In this document: piece after piece, positions 24,352 through 34,063 of the stretch
How the letters are laid out: every line of letters begins with the position of its first letter
How positions within the stretch are numbered: the stretch's first letter is position 1
From: Eubacteriales bacterium
GTDB taxonomy: Bacteria; Bacillota; Clostridia; Oscillospirales; CAG-272
Direction: 5' to 3'
Length of the DNA stretch: 64,000 nucleotides
Assembly (NCBI GenBank): GCA_045650025.1
Contig: JAZRQR010000157.1
Location: forward strand, 12,682 to 76,681
The notes under the pieces: model-generated
Databases searched by the model: none
What the model saw: only the letters and a program-made list of their open reading frames with translations
Told to the model about the DNA's origin: nothing
Position numbers and translations under genes: made by a program

Positions 24352-26991
24352 TCATTCACTTTTCTTATACCATTGCTCCTCGGGGGCCGAGATGGGCCCT
24401 GCCTCCCAGCACGCTCTGTCCTGATTGCCCAGCGCATTGCGGAAGATGACCATTTCGTCGCCTTCCAGGTCGTAGGTGTATTCCACGGATGCATGCACGC
24501 CGTTGCCCGAGAATTTGGACTCATAGCGGCGGAACATGCCGTCCTCTGCGGGGAAAAATCCTTCGCCCGTGCCGTGGTATTCGGTCAGCTCCCAAACGTC
24601 CTGCAAGGTGTCGCCCTTGTACAGCGCGGTCATCTTGACAATGCCCACACCGGGTGCAAACCAGTATTCCTTCTTGCCGCCTCGATAGCCCCAGCCGGTG
24701 CCCTCAAGTCCACGCAGATCAAACGCGATATGTCTGCAGCCCTCGAACGTGCCAGCCTCAACCGTGACCGTGCAATCATCAAGCACGTCCAGCGTCAAGT
24801 CAACCTTCTGCCTTCCACATTCAACCTGCTTGGTTTCTAAGTGATAGCCGGGTACCCAAGCATCGCTCCAGAGATACCCTGTAGCTTCAGCCAAAATATC
24901 GTACAGGAAATTATGCAGCACACAAAATTCATAATCTCCGCATTTTGCCATGTCCTTGCCTTCGAACGAATAACGCCAGTTCCCCTCCCACGTATATCCC
25001 TTGCCGTTGTAAAGTAGTACATAAGGGGAGAAGAAATTCCATCTGCCAAATTCGGTGAAGTCGGGGTTGGCGTCCGGATCGGTATCCCAGATGCGCTGCA
25101 TGACCTCAGTTGCAATCGCCGTGTGCACCTTCTGACGCTTGGTCTCTGCCAGCTCTGCCGCGCGCTTCATGATGCCGCTGACGTCACGCAACAGCCATTT
25201 GCCATCCTTGGGATAGATATAATTGTGGCGCGCATTGAGAATATGGCCCTGCCAAGTATCTTTATAGCCCGTGACCTGTGCAAAGTAGCCGTTGCTGACC
25301 ACCGCTCTGCCATTTTTGTAGCTTGTGACCTCAAAATAGTTTTCCGCTGCAAAAACATAGGGGGAATCCTGATCTACACTAACATATTCCCAGCGATTTC
25401 CGGGAGCAAAAGGAACCATCCACTCTCCACCGCAAATTTTGTAAGAGCTCAGCTCCCAGCTGTGGGTATCGGAATACCTCGTGTTGGTCTGCGCGATCAA
25501 TCCCACACCCGGAGCAAATGCAGTTTTGGTATAGGTAACATAGGAAAGATTTCCTGTCATTTCATATACCGTACAATGTGCGAACGTACCTGCCGCCACC
25601 GTAACGGTTGCATCATTTTCAAGGCATGTCAGCGTCATGCTGCCATCGGACGACTTGACGCTTTGCCCCGGGAACAGATCAGGATCGTAAAGCAGTCCGT
25701 CGCAGAGAGAGGTATTCCAGAACAGCGAATCATTGAGTTCTGCCGTGCCGCCGCGAGTATATCCGGGCTGCTCCCAGAAGTAAAGCTTTTTGCCAACGTA
25801 CTGATAGACCTCACCGCGCGTGCCGTACGCCATACCGTCGCGGTCAAACGCCTCGATCTTGGGCGCGGCTGCCTTTTTCTGTTCTGTCCAAAGAGAAGAC
25901 AAGGCATTTGCATAGTACACATCCTCGGGAGTCAGAAGCTCCAACACCTTGCGGAAGGCATCCATACCCTGCTCCGTGTGGTTTTCATCCATGCTGTAGC
26001 AGCCGTACCAGAACCACGTATAGCCCACGGCCTTGACAAAGCCGTGCCGCTCAAGCTCGGGGATCTGCTCCTCGCGCATGAAGGCAAGGCGTTCCTCGCC
26101 CTTATATTTTTGGTATTCTTTGGGAACAACCGCCTGCATCACCGACTCATTACGGCTTGCAATGGCTGCTGCCTTGATTTTTGCCAGCACCTCATCGTTT
26201 GCCTGCCCGGGCAGCCACCAGTAGCCCAACAAAAGTACGTCAGCAAGCATGTATTGCTTATCTGCCGAGTCATCCAAGCCCTCAACCGAGGACAGCACAG
26301 CACGGTACTCGGGCTCAAAGCCTGTTTTGTCATTCTTGATACGCCACAGCTTGAGGTGCTCCACCTGCTCGCGCACGCGCTGTACCAAAGTCTTGTTTTC
26401 GTCGTATTCCTTTTCGATCATACCGTATTCCTTTCTCAGTTGTCGTCTCCCCTCGCTCAGACGCCACTTGACCGTTCCGACCGGTACGGAAAGCTTTGCG
26501 GCGATCTCGGCAACAGACAGCCCACCGAAGTAATGCAGCTCGATCGCCTCGCGGATCTTGTCGCTCAATGCATCCACGTATAAGTGCAGCTGCTCGTCAC
26601 GCATTGCCTCTGCAACGCCGACAACGCCTGTCAGCTCGTCAAGCCCGCTCTCATCCTCGCCACCCAAGTCCATGGTCTCCAAAAGGTGCAGGCTGATATC
26701 CGCCGTCACGCTTCTGTAGTGTGTAACAAGGCTACGGGCGCGATTCTTGGCGATGGCGCATACCCAAGAGCCGAATTTGCCCGGCTCCTTGAGAGATGCC
26801 AGGTTCATCCACGCCGACACAAAGGCATCCTGCGACGCATCCTCTGCAGAGAACGTGTTGCCCGTCACCTTATATGCCGTGCCCTTGACCGCACGCTCGT
26901 GCCGCAGCACCAGCGCGTCAAATGCTTTGGAATCGCCAAGCAGCGTCATTTGCACCAAGCTCTCGTCGTTTTTCTCGTTGTGCTTGTTCAT
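24352..26991 (-). CDS. ECF-type sigma-70 factor fused to a ~650-aa C-terminal extension with an internal domain duplication
   Basis: Track ORF of 879 aa. Region 2 is FSAEDASQDAFVSAWMNLASLKEPGKFGSWVCAIAKNRARS. Region 4 is LSVAEIAAKLSVPVGTVKWRLSEGRRQLRKEY. I see no TM segment. The duplicated modules are TVTVAAGTFAHCTVYEM...FAPGVGLIAQ...SWELSSY and TVTVEAGTFEGCRHIAF...FAPGVGIVKM...VWELTEY. Confidence 0.85.
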   Translation of the reverse strand: MNKHNEKNDESLVQMTLLGDSKAFDALVLRHERAVKGTAYKVTGNTFSAEDASQDAFVSAWMNLASLKEPGKFGSWVCAIAKNRARSLVTHYRSVTADISLHLLETMDLGGEDESGLDELTGVVGVAEAMRDEQLHLYVDALSDKIREAIELHYFGGLSVAEIAAKLSVPVGTVKWRLSEGRRQLRKEYGMIEKEYDENKTLVQRVREQVEHLKLWRIKNDKTGFEPEYRAVLSSVEGLDDSADKQYMLADVLLLGYWWLPGQANDEVLAKIKAAAIASRNESVMQAVVPKEYQKYKGEERLAFMREEQIPELERHGFVKAVGYTWFWYGCYSMDENHTEQGMDAFRKVLELLTPEDVYYANALSSLWTEQKKAAAPKIEAFDRDGMAYGTRGEVYQYVGKKLYFWEQPGYTRGGTAELNDSLFWNTSLCDGLLYDPDLFPGQSVKSSDGSMTLTCLENDATVTVAAGTFAHCTVYEMTGNLSYVTYTKTAFAPGVGLIAQTNTRYSDTHSWELSSYKICGGEWMVPFAPGNRWEYVSVDQDSPYVFAAENYFEVTSYKNGRAVVSNGYFAQVTGYKDTWQGHILNARHNYIYPKDGKWLLRDVSGIMKRAAELAETKRQKVHTAIATEVMQRIWDTDPDANPDFTEFGRWNFFSPYVLLYNGKGYTWEGNWRYSFEGKDMAKCGDYEFCVLHNFLYDILAEATGYLWSDAWVPGYHLETKQVECGRQKVDLTLDVLDDCTVTVEAGTFEGCRHIAFDLRGLEGTGWGYRGGKKEYWFAPGVGIVKMTALYKGDTLQDVWELTEYHGTGEGFFPAEDGMFRRYESKFSGNGVHASVEYTYDLEGDEMVIFRNALGNQDRACWEAGPISAPEEQWYKKSE

Positions 26992-27273
26992 GTGCGTTTC
27001 CTTTCTCGCCGTCTGTTTTTTGGGGGTTCTCTTCGACTATAAGACTCCGGATTTTGGCAAAAGGTTGGGTGGATCGAAAAATTTTGTTGGAATTATTATA
27101 ACACGGTTTTTGGGGCAAGTCAAGAAGCATCCATACATCCGTAGTGCGTGGGTTTGCTCCCGCCTCGCCCCCAATTCGCGCTCGCACAAACATCTTTTTT
27201 CACAAATTCTCCCTTGGCGTTTTGTGCGATGCTACAAGAATTTCGTTTCCGACAATTTCTTTTGAAAAAAGGT

Positions 27274-27302
27274 TTGCAATTTGTGCCGGTTTGTAGTATA
27301 AT
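27274..27302 (+). promoter_or_regulatory. Promoter TTGCAA-N17-TATAAT for the DHH-DHH-surE operon
   Basis: TTGCAA (27274-27279) and TATAAT (27297-27302). The ~100-nt leader contains the hairpins TGTTGA-gcgtgt-TTCAACA and GATTCC..CGGCATGCCG..GGAATC. Confidence 0.65.
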
Positions 27303-27410
27303 GATGTGTTGAGCGTGTTTCAACATATGACATAGATACAAATGATTCCCCGCCGGCATGCCGCGCGCGGAATCCCCCGGTTATTTTGAATAAAATTTAA
27401 GGAGTTATAT

Positions 27411-28355
27411 ATGTTTGAAAAGATTTTGGAGCAGATCCGCTGCCACGACACCATTATCCTTCACCGTCACACCAACCCCGACGGCGATGCAATGGGCAGC
27501 CAGATCGGGCTTAAGCACATCATCAAGGAAAACTTCGAGGGAAAGCGCGTGCTGATGGTGGGTGACCCTGCCAAGCGTTACGGCTTTATGGAGGACAGCG
27601 TGATGGACGAGGTGGCAGACGAGGACTACCGCGATGCCCTTGCCATTGTGCTGGATACCTCTGCAAAGGCGTTGATCAGCGACACGCGCTACACCACCGC
27701 GCACGTCTCTGCACGCATTGACCACCACCTGTTCTGCGAAACCATTGCAGATATTGAGGTGACCGACAACTCCTACGAGAGCTGCTGCGGTCTGATCACC
27801 GAATTCGCCATGGAGAGCGGACTTACCCTTTCCCCCTTGGCTGCAAAATCGCTTTACACGGGTATGATCACCGACTCGGGTCGTTTCCGCTACGACTCCA
27901 CCTCCGCCAACACCTTCCGTCTGGCTTCGTTCTTGAAGTCGCACCCCTTTGATACCAACGATATTTACCGCAATCTGTACGCAGATGACTTCTCTTTCAT
28001 CCGCCTGCGCGCCTCCTTTGTGCTGAAAATTCAGTTTACCGAGCACAAGGTGGGTTACATTTACACCACCAAAGAGGAGCTTGCCCAGACCGGCGCGGAC
28101 ACCTTTACCGTATCGCGCGGCATGGTCAACACCATGGGCGAGATTCGCGGCGTGGATATTTGGGTCAACTTTACCGAGACCGATGACGGCGTGCTTTGCG
28201 AGCTGCGCTCTTCCAAGTACAACATCAACGCTGTAGCAGTCAAGTACGGCGGCGGCGGTCACATCAAGGCAAGCGGCGCGACGGTGAAGGATCACGCAGA
28301 AGCAATGCAGATGCTGGCAGACCTTGACGCCATTGCGAGAGGAGGACAAAACTAA
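27411..28355 (+). CDS. DHH/DHHA1 phosphoesterase, NrnA-like (nanoRNase/pAp phosphatase; Pde2-type pApA/c-di-AMP activity not excluded), paralogue 1
   Basis: Track ORF of 314 aa with motifs ILHRHTNPDGDAMGS, VLDTS, RIDHH and GGGHIKASGA. The RBS is AAGGAG. Confidence 0.88.
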   Translation: MFEKILEQIRCHDTIILHRHTNPDGDAMGSQIGLKHIIKENFEGKRVLMVGDPAKRYGFMEDSVMDEVADEDYRDALAIVLDTSAKALISDTRYTTAHVSARIDHHLFCETIADIEVTDNSYESCCGLITEFAMESGLTLSPLAAKSLYTGMITDSGRFRYDSTSANTFRLASFLKSHPFDTNDIYRNLYADDFSFIRLRASFVLKIQFTEHKVGYIYTTKEELAQTGADTFTVSRGMVNTMGEIRGVDIWVNFTETDDGVLCELRSSKYNINAVAVKYGGGGHIKASGATVKDHAEAMQMLADLDAIARGGQN

Positions 28356-29326
28356 TGGAAATTTTACAGCAGATTTACGATAAGATCGCACAATACGACC
28401 GCATCATGCTGTTCCGCCACGTGCGCAACGACGGCGACTGCGTGGGCGCAACCAAGGGCCTTAAGGCGATTCTGACCCTGACCTGGCCCGAAAAGCAGGT
28501 ATATCTGATCGACGATGAGCATGCCGATTACTTAGAGTTCCTGGGGCCCGAGGATCAGCCCGTTGCCGACGAGGTGTACGAGGGCGCTTTGGGTATCGTG
28601 CTTGACACCGGCACAGACGCGCGTATTTCCAATAAGAAGTACGCACTTTGCAAGGAGCTGATCAAGATTGACCACCACATCAACATCTGTCCCTACGGCG
28701 ACCTTGCCTGGGTGGAGGAGGACGCCTCCTCTTGCTGCGAAATGGTGGCAAAATTCTACCTTGCAAACAAGGACAAGCTCAAGATCGACCGCGAGGCTGC
28801 AACCTACCTGTACACCGGCATTGTGACCGACTCGGGTCGCTTCCGTTACAACAGCACCTCGGGTGACACCATGCGCATAGCGGGCATGCTGCTGGATCTG
28901 GGCGTAGACACCGACGTGCTGTTTGCCAATCTGTACATGCAGGATCCGGAAAGCTTTAAGTTCAAGTCCTTTGTCTACAAGAACATGAAAATGACCCCCG
29001 CGGGCGTGGCGTATCTGTACGTCAGCCGCGCCACCATGGAAAAATACGGACTTTCGCACGAGCAGGCAGCCGCTGCCGTTTCGCTGATGGATTCGATCAA
29101 GGGCTCTTTGATCTGGCTGATCTTTATCGAGCACGAGACCGAGATCCGCGTGCGTCTGCGCTCCCGCTTTGCAACGGTCAATCAGATCGCCGAGCGCTAT
29201 AACGGCGGCGGTCACGCATGCGCAAGCGGCGCTACCGTGAAGTCCAGACGCGAGGCAAACAAGCTGATCAAGGAAGCTGACGCGGCACTTGCCAAGTACA
29301 AGGCGGAAAACGAGGGCTGGTTATGA
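28355..29326 (+). CDS. DHH/DHHA1 phosphoesterase, NrnA-like, paralogue 2
   Basis: Track ORF of 323 aa with motifs MLFRHVRNDGDCVGAT, VLDTG, KIDHH and GGGHACASGA. Its start overlaps the upstream stop (TAATG). Confidence 0.88.
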   Translation: MEILQQIYDKIAQYDRIMLFRHVRNDGDCVGATKGLKAILTLTWPEKQVYLIDDEHADYLEFLGPEDQPVADEVYEGALGIVLDTGTDARISNKKYALCKELIKIDHHINICPYGDLAWVEEDASSCCEMVAKFYLANKDKLKIDREAATYLYTGIVTDSGRFRYNSTSGDTMRIAGMLLDLGVDTDVLFANLYMQDPESFKFKSFVYKNMKMTPAGVAYLYVSRATMEKYGLSHEQAAAAVSLMDSIKGSLIWLIFIEHETEIRVRLRSRFATVNQIAERYNGGGHACASGATVKSRREANKLIKEADAALAKYKAENEGWL

Positions 29327-30048
29327 GAATTTTGATTACCAACGACGACGGCATCAAAGCCGAGGGACTTTTGGGACTGGTCAAGTGGGCTTGCAAGTAC
29401 GGTGAGGTCACAGTTTGCGCACCTCTGCACGAACAGAGCGGCAAAAGCCAGGGCATTGATATTTTCCACCCCATTGCGGTCAGCAAATACGATCTGATCG
29501 AGGGCGTTGAGGCATACTCTGTGGATTCCACCCCTGCCGATTGCGTGCGCTTTGGCATCATTGGGCTGGCAAAGCAGTACGATCTGGTGATTTCGGGCAT
29601 CAACCGCGGCTACAACATCGGTCAGGACATCGTGTACTCCGGCACGGTGGGCGCGGTCTACGAGGCAGCAGCACAGGGCGTGAGCGGTCTTGCCCTCTCC
29701 ACCTCCCCTTCTACCCTGCCCGGCGCTTTGGAGCAGCTGGACTACGTGTACAAGTTCATTGAGCGCAACAAGCTGTTCGCGCAAAACGACGTATACAACG
29801 TCAACATCCCCGAGAATCCGCAAGGCATTCGCATCACCCACCAGGGCAAGGCGAAATACTCGGACGAATGGGTGGACATGGGCAACGGCACCTACACGCA
29901 GGTTGGGCAGTTCATTTTTGAGAACACCAAGAACCTCGATCTGGACACCGACTGCGTCATGAACGGCTACGTTTCCATCACTCCCATGCAGACCGACCGC
30001 ACCAATCTCGCACTCTATAAAAAGCTTGCAGGATATCTCAATCAATAA
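29323..30048 (+). CDS. surE: 5'/3'-nucleotidase SurE
   Basis: Track ORF of 241 aa. It begins MRILITNDDGIKAEGL and contains SGINRGYNIGQDIVYSGTVGA. There is a 4-nt ATGA overlap with the upstream gene. Confidence 0.9.
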   Translation: MRILITNDDGIKAEGLLGLVKWACKYGEVTVCAPLHEQSGKSQGIDIFHPIAVSKYDLIEGVEAYSVDSTPADCVRFGIIGLAKQYDLVISGINRGYNIGQDIVYSGTVGAVYEAAAQGVSGLALSTSPSTLPGALEQLDYVYKFIERNKLFAQNDVYNVNIPENPQGIRITHQGKAKYSDEWVDMGNGTYTQVGQFIFENTKNLDLDTDCVMNGYVSITPMQTDRTNLALYKKLAGYLNQ

Positions 30049-30056
30049 ACAATAAA

Positions 30057-30091
30057 GAAAAGGCGTTGCACCGAGGTGCAACGCCTTTTTT
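30057..30091. terminator. Bidirectional terminator between convergent operons
   Basis: GGCGTTGCAC-cgag-GTGCAACGCC (30062-30085), flanked by an A-run on the left and TTTTTT on the right. Confidence 0.85.
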
Positions 30092-30116
30092 ATGTTGTTT
30101 TGTAATCGGCCTGAAA

Positions 30117-32525
30117 TTAAGCGAGGATATCAGTTACCAGAATGGTCAGATACTTGCCGCTGCTTGCAGTGCCGATGATGTAACCCTCAACGGAGAAGGT
30201 GTTACCTGCCTGTGCGTCAAGTGCTTCCTTGATCGCGCCTGCGGGATAAGAGAAGCTGCCTACGATGGTGCAGCCATCCATGGTGAAGTTGTAGTAGTTG
30301 CCGGAAACAGCAAGCGTACCGGTCACCTTTACGTAGATGGGAGCAATATCGGAAGCGGTTGCGTAAGCATCCAGCTCAGCTGCACTCAGCTCTACAGCGG
30401 TGGGAGTCTCGACGGTGCCGTTCTCCAGAACGGTAACCTCGGTGCCCTGACCGAACTGCTTTGCACCGCCGTAAACGGAGGTGGTACCGGAAACCTTCAC
30501 CACGTCACCAACGTTGCACGAAGGAGCGGAGCCAAGGTAGATCAGCATCATGCCGGTCTTATCGGAGATCAGCAGGCTTCTGCCGGTGATACCAACAACA
30601 GTACCAACAGTCTCGTACTTGCCGTTCTCGCTTGCCTTGATCTCCTCAATGGTGGGGTAATCGGGCTTGCCCTCGGAAACTACAACGAGCTGCAGGGGGA
30701 ACTGGCTGACACCGGTGTTCTCAGCGCTGATGTAGCTGGTCTTGGAACCGCTGACGGTATCGAAGTTGCTGTAAGTGCCCAGGTAGTACTGGCTCTCCTC
30801 GCCCTCAACGTTGGTTACCCATGCGTTGATATCAGCGTTGTAAACGTAAACGGAAAGTGCGGTATCCTGATAGAATACGGCGATCTTGCCACCGTCGTTC
30901 TTGGTGATGTTGATGTACTTCTTAGCGCCGTCTACCATGGTGTAGAAGGAGTAGCCATCGCCGTTTGCCTCAGCATAAACGTCGATCGCCTCTGCAGCAG
31001 CCTTGGAGGTGATCAGGTATCTGTCACCGGTTACACCGCCGGATACGAATACGCCGTAGCCGTTGGTGCCCTGGTACATATAGAGCTTGTATGCAACTTC
31101 AGCCTCGGGAGTGGTTACGGGCTCAACGGTAAAGTTGGTAGCAACCAGCATAACCTCAAACTCGACGGTCTCGGTAGCATCACCCAGAGTAACGGTTGCA
31201 GTCAGCTTGATGGTGGTGGTCTCTGCAGGCATGGTCAGAGTCAGCTTGCCGTCTGCAATCTTAGCAAACTCGCTGTCGGAAGCCCAAGTGATGGAAACTT
31301 CGGGATAGGTTGTGCCTGCTACGGGCAGATCGATCTCAGCGCCCTCGGTGAAGGTGCTCTCGAAGGTCAGGCTATCCTTTTCCAGGGTAACCTTTTCAGC
31401 ATCGGATCTTTCGGGAAGTGCGTAGTTGTAGAAGCAATCTACGGAAGTGGGAATGATGTAGGGTGCGCCGCTGTAGGTGATCAGAATACCGGTAACGTCA
31501 GCGGTGTAGCCGTACTTTTCAGCGTGTGCTGCATCGATGGTTGCCTTGTCGTCAGCCTTCAGGGTAGTGGGGAAATCGGTTACGTAGGTTCTTACGTAGC
31601 CCTGAACGCCATTCAGCTCGAAGAACAGGTACTGGCTGGTTGCAGTTGCAAGCTCCTGACCGCCAATGGTAACGCCCTTAACGGTTACAGGCATACCAAC
31701 AAGCTCATTGAAGTTGGTGCCTTCAACCCACTTATCGGTAATGTCAACGGGAGCGAAGTCCTTCTTTTCAGTGTTTACAACAGTGGGAATACCGCCCTTG
31801 ATCTCCATCATGCCGCTGTAAGGAGCAGCAGGACCGGAAACGCGAACGGTCATACCGAGCTCGATGCCGAGATCAGCAACGGGGTCAACGTCCATCTGGT
31901 AGGAGTAGTAGCCGCCAAAGCCGCTCTCATCCAAGAGGAACAGGTGGTTTCTGGTGTTGCCTGCAGCCTTGGAGTTGATAGCAACAACGATACCCTGAAT
32001 GATCAGGTTGTCGCCTTCCTTAGCAGCCTGGTACTCTTCCCAAGTAGTAACCTTGAACTTGGGAACAGTGCGGTTGAATTCCTTGGTAACGGTGTTGCCT
32101 TCTGCATCAGCAACGGTTGCAGTCAGCACGTAAGCAATGTCCTCGAAGGACTCGTCGGGAACGTCAACGGTAACGGTGCCGTCCTCGGCAACGGTAAGAG
32201 TGATCTTATCGGTGTTAACAGCCCAGGTAACAGCGTAGCTTACGCCGCCAACCTTCACGCTGGAAATCAGGGTGTAGTCAGCAGCGGTAACGGTGGTGTC
32301 CTTGTACAGCTGACGAACGTACTCAGCTGCGTTCTCAAGGTCAGTGGGCTCTTGAGCGCCGGGCTCCTCGGTGGTGACTTCCTCAGAAGACTCGGGAGTC
32401 TCGGTCGTCTCTTCAGCAGCGGTAGTGTCATCAGTTCCCTGCTGCTCGCCGTTGTCACAAGCAACGAACAGAGCCAGAGAGCAAACAAGAGCTGCTGCGA
32501 GCAAAAGCATTAAAATCTTTTTCAT
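30117..32525 (-). CDS. Large surface lipoprotein with repeated OB-fold-like modules (putative nucleic-acid-binding, no catalytic motif seen)
   Basis: Track ORF of 802 aa with a lipobox (MKKILMLLLAAALVCSLALFVACDNG). Modules include GNLIIQGIVVAINS...HLFLLDESGFGGYYSY...GMTVRVSG...YSGMMEIKG and YETVGTVVGITGRSLLISDKTGMMLIYL...GDVVKVSGTTSVYGGAKQF. These resemble the OB barrels of extracellular nucleases. Confidence 0.7.
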   Translation of the reverse strand: MKKILMLLLAAALVCSLALFVACDNGEQQGTDDTTAAEETTETPESSEEVTTEEPGAQEPTDLENAAEYVRQLYKDTTVTAADYTLISSVKVGGVSYAVTWAVNTDKITLTVAEDGTVTVDVPDESFEDIAYVLTATVADAEGNTVTKEFNRTVPKFKVTTWEEYQAAKEGDNLIIQGIVVAINSKAAGNTRNHLFLLDESGFGGYYSYQMDVDPVADLGIELGMTVRVSGPAAPYSGMMEIKGGIPTVVNTEKKDFAPVDITDKWVEGTNFNELVGMPVTVKGVTIGGQELATATSQYLFFELNGVQGYVRTYVTDFPTTLKADDKATIDAAHAEKYGYTADVTGILITYSGAPYIIPTSVDCFYNYALPERSDAEKVTLEKDSLTFESTFTEGAEIDLPVAGTTYPEVSITWASDSEFAKIADGKLTLTMPAETTTIKLTATVTLGDATETVEFEVMLVATNFTVEPVTTPEAEVAYKLYMYQGTNGYGVFVSGGVTGDRYLITSKAAAEAIDVYAEANGDGYSFYTMVDGAKKYINITKNDGGKIAVFYQDTALSVYVYNADINAWVTNVEGEESQYYLGTYSNFDTVSGSKTSYISAENTGVSQFPLQLVVVSEGKPDYPTIEEIKASENGKYETVGTVVGITGRSLLISDKTGMMLIYLGSAPSCNVGDVVKVSGTTSVYGGAKQFGQGTEVTVLENGTVETPTAVELSAAELDAYATASDIAPIYVKVTGTLAVSGNYYNFTMDGCTIVGSFSYPAGAIKEALDAQAGNTFSVEGYIIGTASSGKYLTILVTDILA

Positions 32526-32568
32526 ATTAGCTCCTTATTTTTATCAAAAAAAATTGTGGATACTGCCA

Positions 32569-34014
32569 TTAGCCGATGATGATATCATCGATTGCAAACA
32601 CTCTGACCTGGTACTGACCGTCGTAGGAATCCACGATGCCTCTTACCGTGATCTTGGTGCCTGCGGGGAAAATGTCCTGGGTAACGATATTACCCTGTGC
32701 GTCCAGCAGCACCTCGGTTCTGATGACGATGGTGGTACCGTCCTCTGCCGTACAGGTCAGAGACATGGCACCCTTATCGTCGCTGGTCTCGGAGGTGGTG
32801 GTGTACACGCTTTGTACGGTCAGATCCTTGACCGTTACGGTGCTGTAGTGTGCCAGCTCGCCGTACTTGAACTCGGTGGGAGTGCTGATCTCGTTGCCAT
32901 CTGCATCCTGCGTAATGACATCCAGCGTCAGCTTACCGCTGACGATGTCCGAAGCTGCTACTTCACTGTAGCTTGCGCTGTAGCCTTCCTCGAGCTTATG
33001 GATACCGTCCTTGGAGAGTGCTCCGTTGGGGTCCATCATATCCACGCTGTACTTGATATTGGAAATCTGCCAGGTGCCGCCCAGCTCGTAATACTGCAGC
33101 GTACCCACCATCATCACGCGGTTGCCAATGCTCAGTGCTTGCATGACGTTGCCGGGGGTGTTGTAGCCGCAGAATACCTGCATACCGTAGTACATATCGG
33201 TCTCTGCATCGTACTCCTCCAGGTAAACGGTTGCACCGCTTCTCTTAACGACCACTGCCTCAAAACGAACCAACTGATCCTTGTAAGGCTCATAGTTGAG
33301 CTTGAGCTCCTTTAAGGTTACGTTCTGTGCACCGCCGTAATAGAACTCGGGGTCCTTATCCTTGGAGAACACGTAAAGCTTGAACTGCTTTGCCTGGTTG
33401 AGCGCACCCATGGTGTAATCGGAGTACGCATTGTCGGCTGCATTCGAGCCAAACGCAAGACCCTGCTGCAAAATCTCCAGGTTGAGGTTGCGGTACTCGG
33501 TCATTTCTGCCGTCTTGTACCATACCCAAACCAGGTATCTGCCGCCGGTGGAATCGGCATTCCAGCTTGCGTTATCGGATTCAATGTAAATAGAGGTTGC
33601 CTTGGAAAGGGTTTCCTTAGTATAGTTGGAAGCCTTTTTGCCCCAAGGCTCGATGATGCCGGTGGATTCGGGGGTGTTGATACCAAGGTATCTTGCCTTG
33701 AGAATATCACCGGGCACAATGCCTGCGGGTACGTTGAAGTGGGTGGTATCACCGTCAATGAACGCGTGAACCGTGACTTCTACGTTAAGTCTGCCGGAGT
33801 TGGGATCAAACTTGAGCTGAGAAGCAAAGTCTACAAACTCGGGCTCGGGAGCTTGGGTCGTTTCGGAGGGGTCGGTAGTTTCGAGGGTCGTCTCGGTGCT
33901 GTCCGCAGCCGTGGTCTCCTCGGTCGTGCCGCCCTCGGTATCGCAGGCTGCAAAGCAGCCTGCGATCATGCCAAAAGCGAGCAGAACGATCAATAATTTA
34001 GCAAAATTCTTCAT
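32569..34014 (-). CDS. Thermonuclease (staphylococcal-nuclease, SNase) family lipoprotein with C-terminal OB-like domains
   Basis: Track ORF of 481 aa with a lipobox (LLAFGMIAGCFAAC). The SNase signature appears in order: FIDGDTTHF, ARYLGINTPES, EPWGKKASNYTKE, GGRYLVWVWY, NLEILQQGLA. The C-terminus has LVRFEAVVVKRSGATVYLEE...GNRVMMVGTLQYY. Confidence 0.85.
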   Translation of the reverse strand: MKNFAKLLIVLLAFGMIAGCFAACDTEGGTTEETTAADSTETTLETTDPSETTQAPEPEFVDFASQLKFDPNSGRLNVEVTVHAFIDGDTTHFNVPAGIVPGDILKARYLGINTPESTGIIEPWGKKASNYTKETLSKATSIYIESDNASWNADSTGGRYLVWVWYKTAEMTEYRNLNLEILQQGLAFGSNAADNAYSDYTMGALNQAKQFKLYVFSKDKDPEFYYGGAQNVTLKELKLNYEPYKDQLVRFEAVVVKRSGATVYLEEYDAETDMYYGMQVFCGYNTPGNVMQALSIGNRVMMVGTLQYYELGGTWQISNIKYSVDMMDPNGALSKDGIHKLEEGYSASYSEVAASDIVSGKLTLDVITQDADGNEISTPTEFKYGELAHYSTVTVKDLTVQSVYTTTSETSDDKGAMSLTCTAEDGTTIVIRTEVLLDAQGNIVTQDIFPAGTKITVRGIVDSYDGQYQVRVFAIDDIIIG

Positions 34015-34063
34015 CGTTTTCTCTGCTTGTTATGATTTTGTAATAATGGATCTTTGGGAAGGA

